A stretch of 64,000 bases of DNA from contig JANOTL010000169.1 in the NCBI GenBank assembly GCA_031416315.1, positions 19,526 through 83,525 on the forward strand, read 5' to 3'. The DNA comes from Pseudomonadota bacterium. GTDB lineage: Bacteria > Bdellovibrionota_B > Oligoflexia > Oligoflexales > CAIYRB01. The position numbers and the translations under genes are program-made. Shown here in pieces: positions 50,201 through 61,425 of the stretch. The notes beneath the pieces are model-generated. The model was not told where the DNA came from. It saw nothing but the letters and a program-made list of their open reading frames with translations, and ran no database searches. How positions within the stretch are numbered: position 1 is the stretch's first letter; each line of letters starts with the position of its first letter.

Positions 50201-50764
50201 TCAAGGGACGATGGCGCCGTTGCTGTGCGACGTCTCTTCCGCGAGCGTCTTCAACTGCGCCAAGCCGCGCTCGAAGTCGGGGCCGATCATCTTGTCGAAA
50301 TCCATGAACATGTGCATGACCTTCGGCAGGATAGCGGCGTTCTCGCCGCTCATCGCCCAGGTGATCTTCGAGCCGGGGCCCTCTGGCTCCGCCGAAAGGA
50401 CGACCTTGGCCTCCGACGCGAAGGGACGCAGAAACACCAGGTCGATGTCGACGGACTGGCCCGGCTTGACGCCCGTGATCGTCATCTTGCCGGCGCCCAC
50501 CTCGGCGTTGCCGTCCCACGCGAAGCTCGAGCCGACGCCGGTCGTGCCCTCGAAACTGCGTTTCACGCTCGGATCCATCTTGTCCCAGGGCGACCAGTCG
50601 GGGAATCGCCGCAAGTTCTCGAGGATGGCGTAGACGTCGGAGGGCGCGGCGCTGGACGAGATCGAGCGCACAGTTTTATAGCCCGGAGGCTGCTGCGAGG
50701 CGATGCCCAGAACGGCCAAGACCGCGACGACGAGGAGCCCCAAGATGATGCCGACGATCCGCAT
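50201..50764 (-). CDS. SRPBCC family protein (polyketide cyclase/dehydrase-like)
   Basis: N-terminal TM, WSPW.KMDP, WDGN.EVGAG, IGPDFERGL..LK; GGAGG RBS. Confidence 0.88.
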   Translation of the reverse strand: MRIVGIILGLLVVAVLAVLGIASQQPPGYKTVRSISSSAAPSDVYAILENLRRFPDWSPWDKMDPSVKRSFEGTTGVGSSFAWDGNAEVGAGKMTITGVKPGQSVDIDLVFLRPFASEAKVVLSAEPEGPGSKITWAMSGENAAILPKVMHMFMDFDKMIGPDFERGLAQLKTLAEETSHSNGAIVP

Positions 50765-50778
50765 GCACGTCCTCCGCG

Positions 50779-51264
50779 TTATTTGTCCGTCGCCACTTGC
50801 ACTGGAATCGGCGCCAAGACCTTGGTGAGATCGGCGGGCGTGATCCGCACGAGGAAGCCCCGCTTGCCGCCGTTGACCAGAAACCAAGGTAGCTCCAGGA
50901 TCGTCCTCTCGACGTAAATCGGCAAGGACTGGCGGGTGCCGAACGGGCTGGTGCCGCCGACCTGATAGCCGGTGAGCCGCTCGGCAGCCTTCGGATCCAA
51001 GGGCTTTACGGCTTTGACGCCGAGCTGACGCGCCAGATTCTTCGTCGAGACCAGCTTGTCGCCGTGCATCAGGACGATCAGCGGCGCGTCGCCTTCCATC
51101 ACCAAGGTCTTCACGACCTGGCGCTCCGGAACGCCGAGCTCGGCGCTCGAGCGCTGCGTGCCGCCCTTTTCCTCGTATTCGTAAAGCTCAGCCAAGATGG
51201 CGATGCCCGCCGCGCGCAGGACGCGGACTGCGGGCGTGACCGGGTACTCGCCGCCGGCGCTCAC
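50779..51264 (-). CDS. ybaK: Cys-tRNA(Pro) deacylase YbaK/EbsC
   Basis: TPAVR.L, VKTLV, TGYQVGGTSPFG, NGGKRG. Confidence 0.88.
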   Translation of the reverse strand: MSAGGEYPVTPAVRVLRAAGIAILAELYEYEEKGGTQRSSAELGVPERQVVKTLVMEGDAPLIVLMHGDKLVSTKNLARQLGVKAVKPLDPKAAERLTGYQVGGTSPFGTRQSLPIYVERTILELPWFLVNGGKRGFLVRITPADLTKVLAPIPVQVATDK

Positions 51265-51623
51265 CGGCGCTCGACGACGGCCTGACCGTCGCGGGCGGCG
51301 CTGGGAAACGTGACGGTGACGGCGAAGCCTTCGCTCAGAAAGTGACGGCAGTTGCAGCCCTTGTCCTCGCGCCCGTCCCAGAAAGCCTCGACCGTGTCGT
51401 CGTCGAGGTCGAAGCTGACGGTGCGCTGGTCTGGCTCGACGCGCACGGTGATCAGGATCTTGAGGCCGTCCTCGGCGTCGACGGTGGTCTCGAGGGCCAG
51501 GCGCTCGTCGTCGTCCTCGTCGTCGTCACCTTCGCCCTCGAGCTCGGTCGCGGGCTCCGTGGTTTTGGATGGGAGGCTGGTGCACGCGCCCGCCGCTGCG
51601 AAAAACACGAGGAGATGCTTCAC
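51261..51623 (-). CDS. Small acidic probable lipoprotein
   Basis: VKHLLVFFAAAGAC; GTGA overlaps on both sides. Confidence 0.55.
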   Translation of the reverse strand: MKHLLVFFAAAGACTSLPSKTTEPATELEGEGDDDEDDDERLALETTVDAEDGLKILITVRVEPDQRTVSFDLDDDTVEAFWDGREDKGCNCRHFLSEGFAVTVTFPSAARDGQAVVERR

Positions 51624-52616
51624 TGTCCGCTCCGGAACCGCCAGCGTCGATCGATCGAGAACGCGCCGTAGCGCACGCGCGCCCTTGCCTCGTACTGAGT
51701 CATCGGCAAGAGTGGGGCCTTGGGCAAAAGAAAAATGTCGGAGCGCGCCAGGACCGGGTCCGTCCGCGGCTCGATCACGAGCACCTCGGCAACCGGGACG
51801 CCGTGCGTCACGTCGAAAAGCGTGAAGACGCCGCCTTCGCGCATGACGGTCGGCTCCTGCGCATCGGAGGAGCGCAAGTAGCGGGGGAAATGGACGCTGA
51901 TCGGGAAGCCCTTGGTCGCGACCGCGGGCGCGGGGTCGGGGATCTCGCCGGCCGCCGTGAAGGCGAGTGGCACGTTCTCGGCGCCGTCGGCCGGGAAGAC
52001 GACCGGGACGAGGCCCTCGATGTCGACGAAAGCGAGCGTGTCCATGACGCTTTGCTGGGAGCCGGCGGTCGCGGAGGCATAGCTGAAGTAGCGGCCGCCA
52101 GGCGCCAAGAGGTGGCTGCGATGATAGACCGTAGCGAGGTGAGCCGCGATCACGTCGGCAGGATCGCCCTTGCCCCCGACCCCTTCGGCCAACCAGAAAG
52201 CCTGGTGCTCGAGACCAAAGAAGGCCGCGCGCGCGCCGAGATCGGCGCCGGTGAAGCCCGGCTCGCCCGGGACCTCGGCGTGGCGGTCGGCGGTCGACGT
52301 CTCGCCGGCCGCGCCGACGTGCTGGACCAGATAGTCCGCATGAGCGCGGGCCATCGCGCCGAGGCGCGTCAGGCAACCCAGACCGGGGGCGCCCGAGGCG
52401 GCGCGGACGCCGTTGATGACGGCGAGGGCCGAGGCCTCGACGGGCTCGGCGCAGAGGCCGCCTTCGCCTGCATGCGGATCGTCGGCGCGTAGGAAGCCTT
52501 CAGAGAGGCCGAGCCCCCGGTCCCCGCCCGCGCGCCCCGGCGCCGCCGCGCGCGGGGCCGCACGCCGTGAGGAGCACGGCGCCCGCAATGGAGATGCTGA
52601 GGGAAAAAGCCCGCAC
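51620..52616 (-). pseudogene. CAP/SCP-domain lipoprotein with a frameshift near 52520-52560; possible sequencing error
   Basis: CAP motifs IN..R, AR.HADY, H.E..G.PGFTG, YHR..LL; the signal peptide VRAFSLSISIAGAVLLTAC (GTG 52616) is in a different frame. Confidence 0.65.
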
Positions 52617-52706
52617 GACTGCTGCCTGAAAAAAGGCCGGCAAAATGCCATCTTAGTGCTGAAAACAATCGCTTCTAAGGACCGTTCTAGCAAATGGGGG
52701 GCGCGG

Positions 52707-54246
<1,540 letters not shown>

Positions 54247-54251
54247 CGCGA

Positions 54252-55838
54252 ATGGCTGCTGCGAACCAAAGGCCGACCGACAAAGGCATCCTCGTTCTCG
54301 ATTACGGCTCGCAGTACACCCTGCTGATCGCGCGCAGGCTGCGGGAGCTCGGCATTTACTCCGAGGTGATCGACGGTCTCGCGATCACGCCGCCGCCCGG
54401 CTTCGCCTTCGACGGCGTCATCCTCTCCGGCGGCCCCGACTCGGTCTACGAGGCCGGCGCCCGGCGCCTGCCGGCCTGGGTCTTGAAGAGCGCGAAGCCG
54501 ATCCTCGGCATCTGCTACGGGATGCAGCTCGTCGCCCAGGAGTTCGGCGGCAAGTTCCGCGCCGGCGCCGGCCGCGAGTACGGCAAGGCGACGCTCAAGC
54601 TCGGCACCGAGATCGCCGGCCCCGCTGGCCGCATGTTTTACGGCGTTCCGGCCGAGCAGACGGTGTGGATGAGCCATGGCGACGACTTAGCCGTGATGCC
54701 GACCGGCTTCGACGTCATCGGTCAAAGCGACACCGGCGTGACGGCGGCGATCGTCCACAAAGAGCTGCCGATCGCCTGTCTCCAGTTCCATCCGGAGGTC
54801 GAGCACAGCGACTACGGCCAGGACCTCCTGCGGCAGTTCGCCAGAGACGTCTGCCGCGCCGCGGTGAACTGGGACGCGGGCTCAATGCTCGAGGCGACCC
54901 TCTCCCACATCCGCACGACCGTGGGCGCCGGCCATGTCCTGGTCGCCTGCTCGGGCGGCGTCGACTCGACGGTCGCGGCGGCCCTTTTGGCGAAGGCGCT
55001 CGGCCCGGACAAGGTGACCGCCGTCTTCTGCGACACCGGCCTCATGCGGAAAAACGAGGTCGAGTGGGTGTCTTCGGCCCTGAAGCAGCTCGGCTTGAGC
55101 CACATCGAGGTCCTGCGCAGCGAGGCGAAGTTCCTCGCCGCGCTCAAGGGCGTCGCCGATCCCGAGGAAAAAAGAAAGCGCATCGGTCGGCTCTTCATCG
55201 AGGAGTTCGAGGCCTTCGCGAAGGGCGCGCGCGGCCTCGCCTCCGGCTTCACGCATCTGGGTCAGGGCACGCTTTATCCCGACGTCATCGAGTCCGCCGG
55301 GCACGGCGCCGGCGCCAAGGTGATCAAGAGCCACCACAACGTCGGCGGCTTGCCGGAGAAGCTGCACTTGCCGCTCGTCGAGCCGCTCCGCTTCCTCTTC
55401 AAGGACGAGGCGCGCGCCTTGGGCGAGCAGCTAGGCCTCCCGCACGAGATGGTGTGGCGTCATCCTTTCCCAGGTCCAGGCCTCGCGGTCCGCATCCTCG
55501 GCGAGGTCACCGAGGAGCGCATCCAGCTCGTCCGCGAGTCGGACGACGTCTTCATCAAGGCTCTGCGCGAGGCCGGCCTCTACGAAAAGGTCTGGCAGGC
55601 CTTCACCGTCCTCTTGCCGGTGAAATCGGTCGGCGTGATGGGCGATAACCGCACGTATCAAATGACGATTGCGCTGCGCGCCGTGGTCAGCTCGGATGCC
55701 ATGACGGCCGAGGTCGGAGACCTCCCGCTCTCCTTCCTCACCAAGACGGCCGCTGCGATCGTGCAGCAGGTCGACGGCGTCAACCGGGTGGTTTACGACG
55801 TGACGACGAAACCGCCGGCGACGATCGAATGGGAATGA
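54252..55838 (+). CDS. guaA: GMP synthase (glutamine-hydrolysing)
   Basis: DYGSQY, GICYGMQ, QFHPE, SGGVDS, IKSHHNVGG, KPPATIEWE. Confidence 0.98.
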   Translation: MAAANQRPTDKGILVLDYGSQYTLLIARRLRELGIYSEVIDGLAITPPPGFAFDGVILSGGPDSVYEAGARRLPAWVLKSAKPILGICYGMQLVAQEFGGKFRAGAGREYGKATLKLGTEIAGPAGRMFYGVPAEQTVWMSHGDDLAVMPTGFDVIGQSDTGVTAAIVHKELPIACLQFHPEVEHSDYGQDLLRQFARDVCRAAVNWDAGSMLEATLSHIRTTVGAGHVLVACSGGVDSTVAAALLAKALGPDKVTAVFCDTGLMRKNEVEWVSSALKQLGLSHIEVLRSEAKFLAALKGVADPEEKRKRIGRLFIEEFEAFAKGARGLASGFTHLGQGTLYPDVIESAGHGAGAKVIKSHHNVGGLPEKLHLPLVEPLRFLFKDEARALGEQLGLPHEMVWRHPFPGPGLAVRILGEVTEERIQLVRESDDVFIKALREAGLYEKVWQAFTVLLPVKSVGVMGDNRTYQMTIALRAVVSSDAMTAEVGDLPLSFLTKTAAAIVQQVDGVNRVVYDVTTKPPATIEWE

Positions 55839-58800
55839 TCGCCCACCTCCACGTCCATACCGAATACTCGGTGCTCGACGGCGCGATCCGCATCAAGGAT
55901 CTGCTGAAGCGCCTGAAGGCGCTCGGCCACTCCTCGTGCGCGATCACCGACCACGGCAACCTGTTCGGCGCCATCGAGTTCTACACGAAGGCGAAGGACG
56001 CGGGCATCAAGGCGATCATCGGCTCGGAGATCTTCCATCGCGGCAACGAGGCGACCGGCTTCGTCGTCGCAGAGCGACCGTTGCCACAGCGGACGTTTCA
56101 CCTGGTGCTGCTCGCAAAGTCGAACGACGGCTACAAAAATCTGATCAAGCTCGTGAGCCACGGCTACACCAAGGGCTACGCCGAGGTCCCGACGGTTCCG
56201 GAAGCGAGCCTCGACACGCTCTCCGGCGACCTGATCGCGCTCACGTCCTGCCAGCGCGGAGAATTCGGTTTTCTCGTCATGGAGTTACGCAAGATCCGCG
56301 GTGGCGCGCCGGGGACTCCCCTCCCCTTCGACGCCGGCGAAGGCGACGACGCGTTCCTGCCGGCGGAGGCGCTGCGCCTCCACGTGCAGCAAATGCTGGC
56401 GCGCTTCGGCGCGGAAAACTTCTACGTCGAGCTGATCGACAACAAGATCCCCGCGCAACGGACGCTGCTCCCAGATCTAGTCCTCGCCGCGCGCCACTTC
56501 GGGCTGCCGCTCGTCGCTTCCGCCGACGCGCATTACGTCTCGAAGGAGCACGCCGAAAGTCACGCGATTCAGCTGGGGATCAAACACTCGCTCACCATCT
56601 CCAAGATTCGCGGCCGCCGCAAAGGCACGACCTTTCACCTGCTCGACGACGCGGAGATGCAGGCGCTCTACGGCGCTTGGCCTGAGGCGCTCGAGAACAC
56701 CGCGAAGATCGCGGAGCGCTGCAACGTCGAGTTCAAGTTCGGCAAATACTATCTGCCGAAGTTCTCGTTCGGCAGCGAGGAGACGCCGGAGGACGGCATC
56801 AAACGCACCGCGCGCGTGATGCTGGAAGAGCGCTTCGAGGCTTTACGCAAGCTTTACGGGCCGAAGGCCTTCGACAAGCAGAAAGAAGCCGAATACTCGG
56901 CCCGCCTCGAGTTCGAGCTCGACGTGATCTGCCGCATGGGCTTCGCGTCCTACTTCCTCATCGTCCAGGACTTCATCAACTGGGCGAAGAACCAGGGGAT
57001 CCCCGTCGGCCCCGGCCGGGGCTCGGGCGCCGGCTCGATCGTGGCCTACGCGCTCAGGATCACCGACCTCGACCCGATTCCTTACAACTTGCTGTTCGAG
57101 CGCTTCCTCAACCCCGACCGCGTGTCGATGCCCGACTTCGACGTCGACTTCTGCCAGGATCGCCGCGGCGAGGTGATCGACTACGTCACCCAGAAATACG
57201 GCGCGCTGTCGGTCGCGCAGATCGCCACCTTCGGCCGGATGAACGCGAAGGCCGTGGTGAAGGACGTCGGCCGCGTGCTCGAGCTGGGCTATACGCGCGT
57301 CGACCGCTTCTCCAAGCTGATCCCGGACGAGATCGGCATCACGCTCGACAAAGCCTTGGCGCAGGAGCCGCGGATCGCCGAGGAGATGGCGCGCGACGAA
57401 GGCCTGGCCGAGCTCTGGCGCTTGGGCAAGCAGCTCGAGGGCCTCGCCCGGCAGACGGGCATGCACGCCGCCGGCATCGTCATCTCCGACGGGCCGATGG
57501 ACGAGTACGTGCCGGTGTTCACGGCCGAGGGCACGACCGGGCTCATCACGCAGTACGAAATGAAGATGGCGGAGAAGGTCGGGCTGGTGAAGTTCGACTT
57601 CCTGGGCCTCAAGACCCTGACCGTGATCGAGAAGGCCGTGCAGCTCGTGCGGGCGAAGAAAGACCCGAAGTTCGACATCGCCTTCATTCCGATGGCCGAC
57701 AAGAAGGTCTACCAGCTGATCAGCGACGGGCACTCGGTCGGCGTCTTCCAGCTCGAGTCCTCGGGCATGAAGAATCTGATCACGAAGCTGAAGCCGAGCT
57801 GCTTCGAGGACGTGATCGCCGTCGTCGCCCTTTTCCGTCCGGGTCCGCTCGGCTCCGGCATGGTCGACGACTTCATCGAAAGGAAGCACGGGCGCGCCGC
57901 GATCGACTATCCCTTGCCGCAGCTCGAAGACACGTTGAAAGAGACGTACGGCGTCATCCTGTACCAAGAACAAGTCATGAAGATCGCGCGGGAGCTGGCC
58001 AGTTACTCGCTCGGCGAGGCCGACCTCCTGCGCCGCGCCATGGGCAAGAAGAACGCCGAGGAGATGGCGAAGCAAAAGCAACGCTTCGTCGACGGCGCCG
58101 TCAAGAACGAGACCTCCGGCGGCAAAGCCGGCGAGATCTTCGACCTGATGGCGAAGTTCGCCGAGTACGGCTTCAACAAGTCGCACTCCGCAGCTTACGG
58201 CTTGATCACGTACCAGACGGCGTTCCTGAAGACGCACTTTCCGGACGAGTTCATGGCCGCGATCATGACCTGCGACCTGGACAACACGAAAAAGATCGTG
58301 CGCTACGTCGACGAATGCCGGCGCATGCGGATCAAGCTCTTGCCGCCGACTTTGAACCGCTCGGTCCTGCAGTTCGCGGTGAAGAGCCCGGGAACGATCG
58401 ACTTCGGCCTCGCCGCCATCAAAGGCCTCGGCGTGCAGGCGCTGGAGCCGATCCTCGAGGAGCGCGACGCGCGCGGCGCCTTCGTGTCGCTGCAGGATTT
58501 CGCGCGGCGCGTGCACTTGCCGCGCATCGGCAAGAAGACGGTCGAGATCTTGGCGCAGTGCGGCGCGCTCGACGAGTTCGGGATCGCGCGGCCCAAGCTC
58601 ATGAGCATCATCCCGGAGCTGGTGCGCTTCAGCGAAGACGTGCACTCCAGCAAGAGCAGCGGTCAGCGCGGGCTCTTCGACGCCGAGTCGGAGTCCTCGA
58701 ACGGCGCGGCTGAGCTGTCGTTCGAGCTTACGGTCTCCGACCGCAAGCCCGGCGCGCCGACGCCGGAATGGTTGAAAAAAGAGAAGGCGCTTCTCGGCGT

Positions 58801-59524
58801 CTTCCTGACCGGGCATCCCCTCCTCTTCCACCGCGAGGACGTGCGCGCCTTCGGCAAGGTGACGACGACGACGCTCGGCAACGCGATGGACAAGGGCAAG
58901 ACCTGCATGGTCGCCGTGCTCGCGATGATGAACGAGCGGCTGACGAAGACCGGAAAGCGCATGGCCTCCGTGAGGCTCGAGGACGAGCACGGCTGGGTCG
59001 AGGGCGTTATGTTCGAGAAAGAGATTCCGGCGGAGTTCCCCGAGGCGGGGACGGTCGTGTGCGCTTACGGCTCGGTCGACGAGAACTTTAAGGACAAGAG
59101 CCTGCGCTTCAAGCTCGACAAGATCTTGCCCGTGGAGGAGATCCGCCAGGAGAACGTGCGCTCGATCACCCTCGGCCTGAAGATCGTGGGCGCGAGCGGC
59201 GGGTCGGTGGTGCAGCTGCCCGTGGAGCGGCTGAAAAAGCACTTCGATACGCACCGTGGCGACACGCCGGTGAAGTTGGTGCTGAGAATGGGCTTGTCGC
59301 GAGGCGAAGGCGAAGTTCAGCTCGGCGTGCCTTTGCCGGTGAATATGTGTGATGCGTTTCTGCATGGGCTCGGGGAGCTGCCGTTTGCGGAGACGAAGCT
59401 GTCATATCAGCTTTATCGGTCGCAGGAGGGGCCTTCGGGGTTGGCCGTGGAGATGCGGGGCGGCGGTGGTGGCGGGGGTGGGAGTGAAGGGGCGATGGAA
59501 GACATTCCGCCGCCGGAATACTGA
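55835..59524 (+). CDS. dnaE: DNA polymerase III alpha subunit
   Basis: PHP HLHVHTEYS, GRGSGAGS, PDFDVDF, KFDFLGL, YGFNKSHS, clamp motif QRGLF. Confidence 0.98.
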   Translation: MIAHLHVHTEYSVLDGAIRIKDLLKRLKALGHSSCAITDHGNLFGAIEFYTKAKDAGIKAIIGSEIFHRGNEATGFVVAERPLPQRTFHLVLLAKSNDGYKNLIKLVSHGYTKGYAEVPTVPEASLDTLSGDLIALTSCQRGEFGFLVMELRKIRGGAPGTPLPFDAGEGDDAFLPAEALRLHVQQMLARFGAENFYVELIDNKIPAQRTLLPDLVLAARHFGLPLVASADAHYVSKEHAESHAIQLGIKHSLTISKIRGRRKGTTFHLLDDAEMQALYGAWPEALENTAKIAERCNVEFKFGKYYLPKFSFGSEETPEDGIKRTARVMLEERFEALRKLYGPKAFDKQKEAEYSARLEFELDVICRMGFASYFLIVQDFINWAKNQGIPVGPGRGSGAGSIVAYALRITDLDPIPYNLLFERFLNPDRVSMPDFDVDFCQDRRGEVIDYVTQKYGALSVAQIATFGRMNAKAVVKDVGRVLELGYTRVDRFSKLIPDEIGITLDKALAQEPRIAEEMARDEGLAELWRLGKQLEGLARQTGMHAAGIVISDGPMDEYVPVFTAEGTTGLITQYEMKMAEKVGLVKFDFLGLKTLTVIEKAVQLVRAKKDPKFDIAFIPMADKKVYQLISDGHSVGVFQLESSGMKNLITKLKPSCFEDVIAVVALFRPGPLGSGMVDDFIERKHGRAAIDYPLPQLEDTLKETYGVILYQEQVMKIARELASYSLGEADLLRRAMGKKNAEEMAKQKQRFVDGAVKNETSGGKAGEIFDLMAKFAEYGFNKSHSAAYGLITYQTAFLKTHFPDEFMAAIMTCDLDNTKKIVRYVDECRRMRIKLLPPTLNRSVLQFAVKSPGTIDFGLAAIKGLGVQALEPILEERDARGAFVSLQDFARRVHLPRIGKKTVEILAQCGALDEFGIARPKLMSIIPELVRFSEDVHSSKSSGQRGLFDAESESSNGAAELSFELTVSDRKPGAPTPEWLKKEKALLGVFLTGHPLLFHREDVRAFGKVTTTTLGNAMDKGKTCMVAVLAMMNERLTKTGKRMASVRLEDEHGWVEGVMFEKEIPAEFPEAGTVVCAYGSVDENFKDKSLRFKLDKILPVEEIRQENVRSITLGLKIVGASGGSVVQLPVERLKKHFDTHRGDTPVKLVLRMGLSRGEGEVQLGVPLPVNMCDAFLHGLGELPFAETKLSYQLYRSQEGPSGLAVEMRGGGGGGGGSEGAMEDIPPPEY

Positions 59525-59552
59525 GCTTCTTTTCGGGCGCCGAAAAAAAGCT
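59524..59552. terminator. Bidirectional terminator between dnaE and the hydrolase
   Basis: AGCTTCTTTTCGG-GCG-CCGAAAAAAAGCT. Confidence 0.6.
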
Positions 59553-60388
59553 TAGCCACGGCGGACGAGGCTTGCGAGGCCGGCGGTGACTTCGTCCGCG
59601 GCTTCGATCTGCGGCCAATGGCCGACCTCCGGCAGCGACAGGAACTCGGCGCGCGGCACCGCCTCCTTCCAGCGATCGCGATGCCGCGTCGTGACGAGCT
59701 TGTCGCCTTCACCCCAGATGACGAGCGTCGGCACCTGCGGCAGCTCCTTGCGCCGCGCCCAGATCGCGTCGGGGAACGCGATTTCCCCGCCCATCAGGCG
59801 CGCGAACGCGAGCGTGCCGACGCGCGAGGCAGCATCGGGAAAGCGGTCGGTGAATTCGCGGTGGAGGGCCTCGGTCAAGGGCGCGCGGCTTCCCCAGGCC
59901 ATCTTCACCAGCTTCTTCGCCGAGAAGTTGAGGCGCAAATAGAGAAAACGCATCAGCGGTGACAGCAGGAGCTTGCGCGCGCGCTGGAACTCGGGGTCGT
60001 CGCCGAAGTCCCACATCCAGCTCTGCACGATGCCGAGCGACAGGATCCGCTGCGGCGCGTCGAGCGCCAGCGGCAAGGCGATGAGCCCGCCGAGATCGTG
60101 CACGACGAGGTGGAAGCGGTCGACGCCGAGATGGGCGAGCAAGGCTTCGAGGTTCTGCCGGTGATCGCGGTAGTGATACGCGAAGCGCGCGGCGGGCGGC
60201 TTGTCGGAGTGGCCGAAGCCGAGGTGATCCGGCGCGATGCAGCGATGCGTCTTGGACAATGCCGCCATCGCATGGCGCCACTCGTGGCTCCAGCTCGGCG
60301 TGCCGTGGACGAATACGACGACCGGCGCGTCCCGCGGGCCTTCGTCGACGTAATGCATGCGTCCCTGCGGCAACTCGAGATAGCTCAT
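59552..60388 (-). CDS. Alpha/beta hydrolase, haloalkane dehalogenase-like
   Basis: MHYVDEG, HGTPSWS, APDHLGFG.SDKP, VHDLGG (Asp nucleophile), GHWPQ. Confidence 0.88.
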   Translation of the reverse strand: MSYLELPQGRMHYVDEGPRDAPVVVFVHGTPSWSHEWRHAMAALSKTHRCIAPDHLGFGHSDKPPAARFAYHYRDHRQNLEALLAHLGVDRFHLVVHDLGGLIALPLALDAPQRILSLGIVQSWMWDFGDDPEFQRARKLLLSPLMRFLYLRLNFSAKKLVKMAWGSRAPLTEALHREFTDRFPDAASRVGTLAFARLMGGEIAFPDAIWARRKELPQVPTLVIWGEGDKLVTTRHRDRWKEAVPRAEFLSLPEVGHWPQIEAADEVTAGLASLVRRG

Positions 60389-60411
60389 GGACCCGCCTTC
60401 GGAATGAACTG

Positions 60412-60436
60412 ATGAATACTTTACTCAAATATTCAT
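60412..60436. promoter_or_regulatory. Candidate TetR operator upstream of the hydrolase
   Basis: AT-rich inverted repeat ATGAATA-N11-TATTCAT overlapping the tetR stop codon. Confidence 0.6.
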
Positions 60437-61041
60437 TGACGCGTCCAGACGTCAACGAACCACTCGAGCTGATTGAGTAAATCAGGGAGTCCGAGCGGCT
60501 CCGGGGGCTCGCGACCGGGGATCGGGAAGAAAACGCCGAGCGCGAGCGCCAGAACGCGCGCCTCGCGCTCCGGATCGCGCACGCCCGGGAAGACGCCGGA
60601 TTTCTTGCCGGCGGCGAGGATGGTGGCGAGGTACGCCGTGAAGGAGCGGATCTCTTCCGCCGGATCTTCGGGGCGAAGCCGCAAGACATGACGCGCGAGC
60701 TCGGCCGCGGCCTCGGCGGCGCCGGCTCGGAGACCGCGCGACGCGTGAAAACGGCTCAGGACGTAACGCCGCAGCTTCGCCTCCGGCTCGACGTCGGGAA
60801 GGTCGACGACCTTTTTTGCCTCGGCCGCGTGGGCGGCGCGAAAGGCTTCCGCGCAGCCGATGATGAGCGCGTCCTTGTTCGCGAAGGAGAGGTAGAGCGT
60901 GCCGACGGCCAAGCCGCAGTCGTCGGCGATCTCCTGCATCGCCGTCTTCTTCACGCCGAAATGGAGGAATCGGCGCATGGCCGAGGCTAGGATCTGCGCG
61001 CGGCGGTCAGGAACCGCCGCGGGTTTTTGGGGGCGGCGCAT
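60433..61041 (-). CDS. TetR/AcrR family regulator
   Basis: IL.SA..RF...G...TAMQEIADDCGLAVGTLY..F.NK. Confidence 0.9.
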   Translation of the reverse strand: MRRPQKPAAVPDRRAQILASAMRRFLHFGVKKTAMQEIADDCGLAVGTLYLSFANKDALIIGCAEAFRAAHAAEAKKVVDLPDVEPEAKLRRYVLSRFHASRGLRAGAAEAAAELARHVLRLRPEDPAEEIRSFTAYLATILAAGKKSGVFPGVRDPEREARVLALALGVFFPIPGREPPEPLGLPDLLNQLEWFVDVWTRQ

Positions 61042-61207
61042 CTCGTAACCATACGCCGAGCAGCACGAGGAAATCGAGCGCTCGACTCTGGTTCTCGGTA
61101 CGAGTGAACGCGGCGCGCCGTGAAAAAGTATCTGGAAACATAGGCGCCGTCGGCTTTGGTCTTTTTGCTTGCGCTCGCGCGCGGTTCTGGCACATTAGGG
61201 CTCTGAT

Positions 61208-61283
61208 GGGGGTATAGCTCAGCTGGTAGAGCGTTGCGTTCGCAACGCAAAGGTCAGGGGTTCGACTCCCCTTACCTCCACCA
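61208..61283 (+). tRNA. tRNA-Ala (anticodon CGC)
   Basis: Acceptor GGGGGTA/TACCTCC with G3:U70, anticodon arm TTGCG-TTCGCAA-CGCAA, TTCGA, CCA. Confidence 0.96.
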
Positions 61284-61317
61284 AACCCGACACCGAGTCC
61301 TCGCGTGACGGTGATCT

Positions 61318-61354
61318 GCAGCCCGACGGGAAACCGTCGGGCTGCGGTCGTTTC
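61318..61354 (+). terminator. Hairpin after tRNA-Ala
   Basis: GCAGCCCGACGG-GAAA-CCGTCGGGCTGC, perfect 12-bp stem; weak U tail. Confidence 0.6.
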
Positions 61355-61425
61355 GTCGGCGCCGGTCCACGGCAAGAGGCTTCGATATTGCAAGCTTCGG
61401 CCAGAGCGACAAGCTCGGAGGTTTC

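Noticed and set aside
55835..59524. Intein in DnaE
   Set aside because: Polymerase motifs are contiguous, length is ordinary and no intein splice motifs were seen
61375..61400. FNR/DNR/NnrR box upstream of nnrS
   Set aside because: TTCGATATTGCAA does not fit TTGAT-N4-ATCAA well
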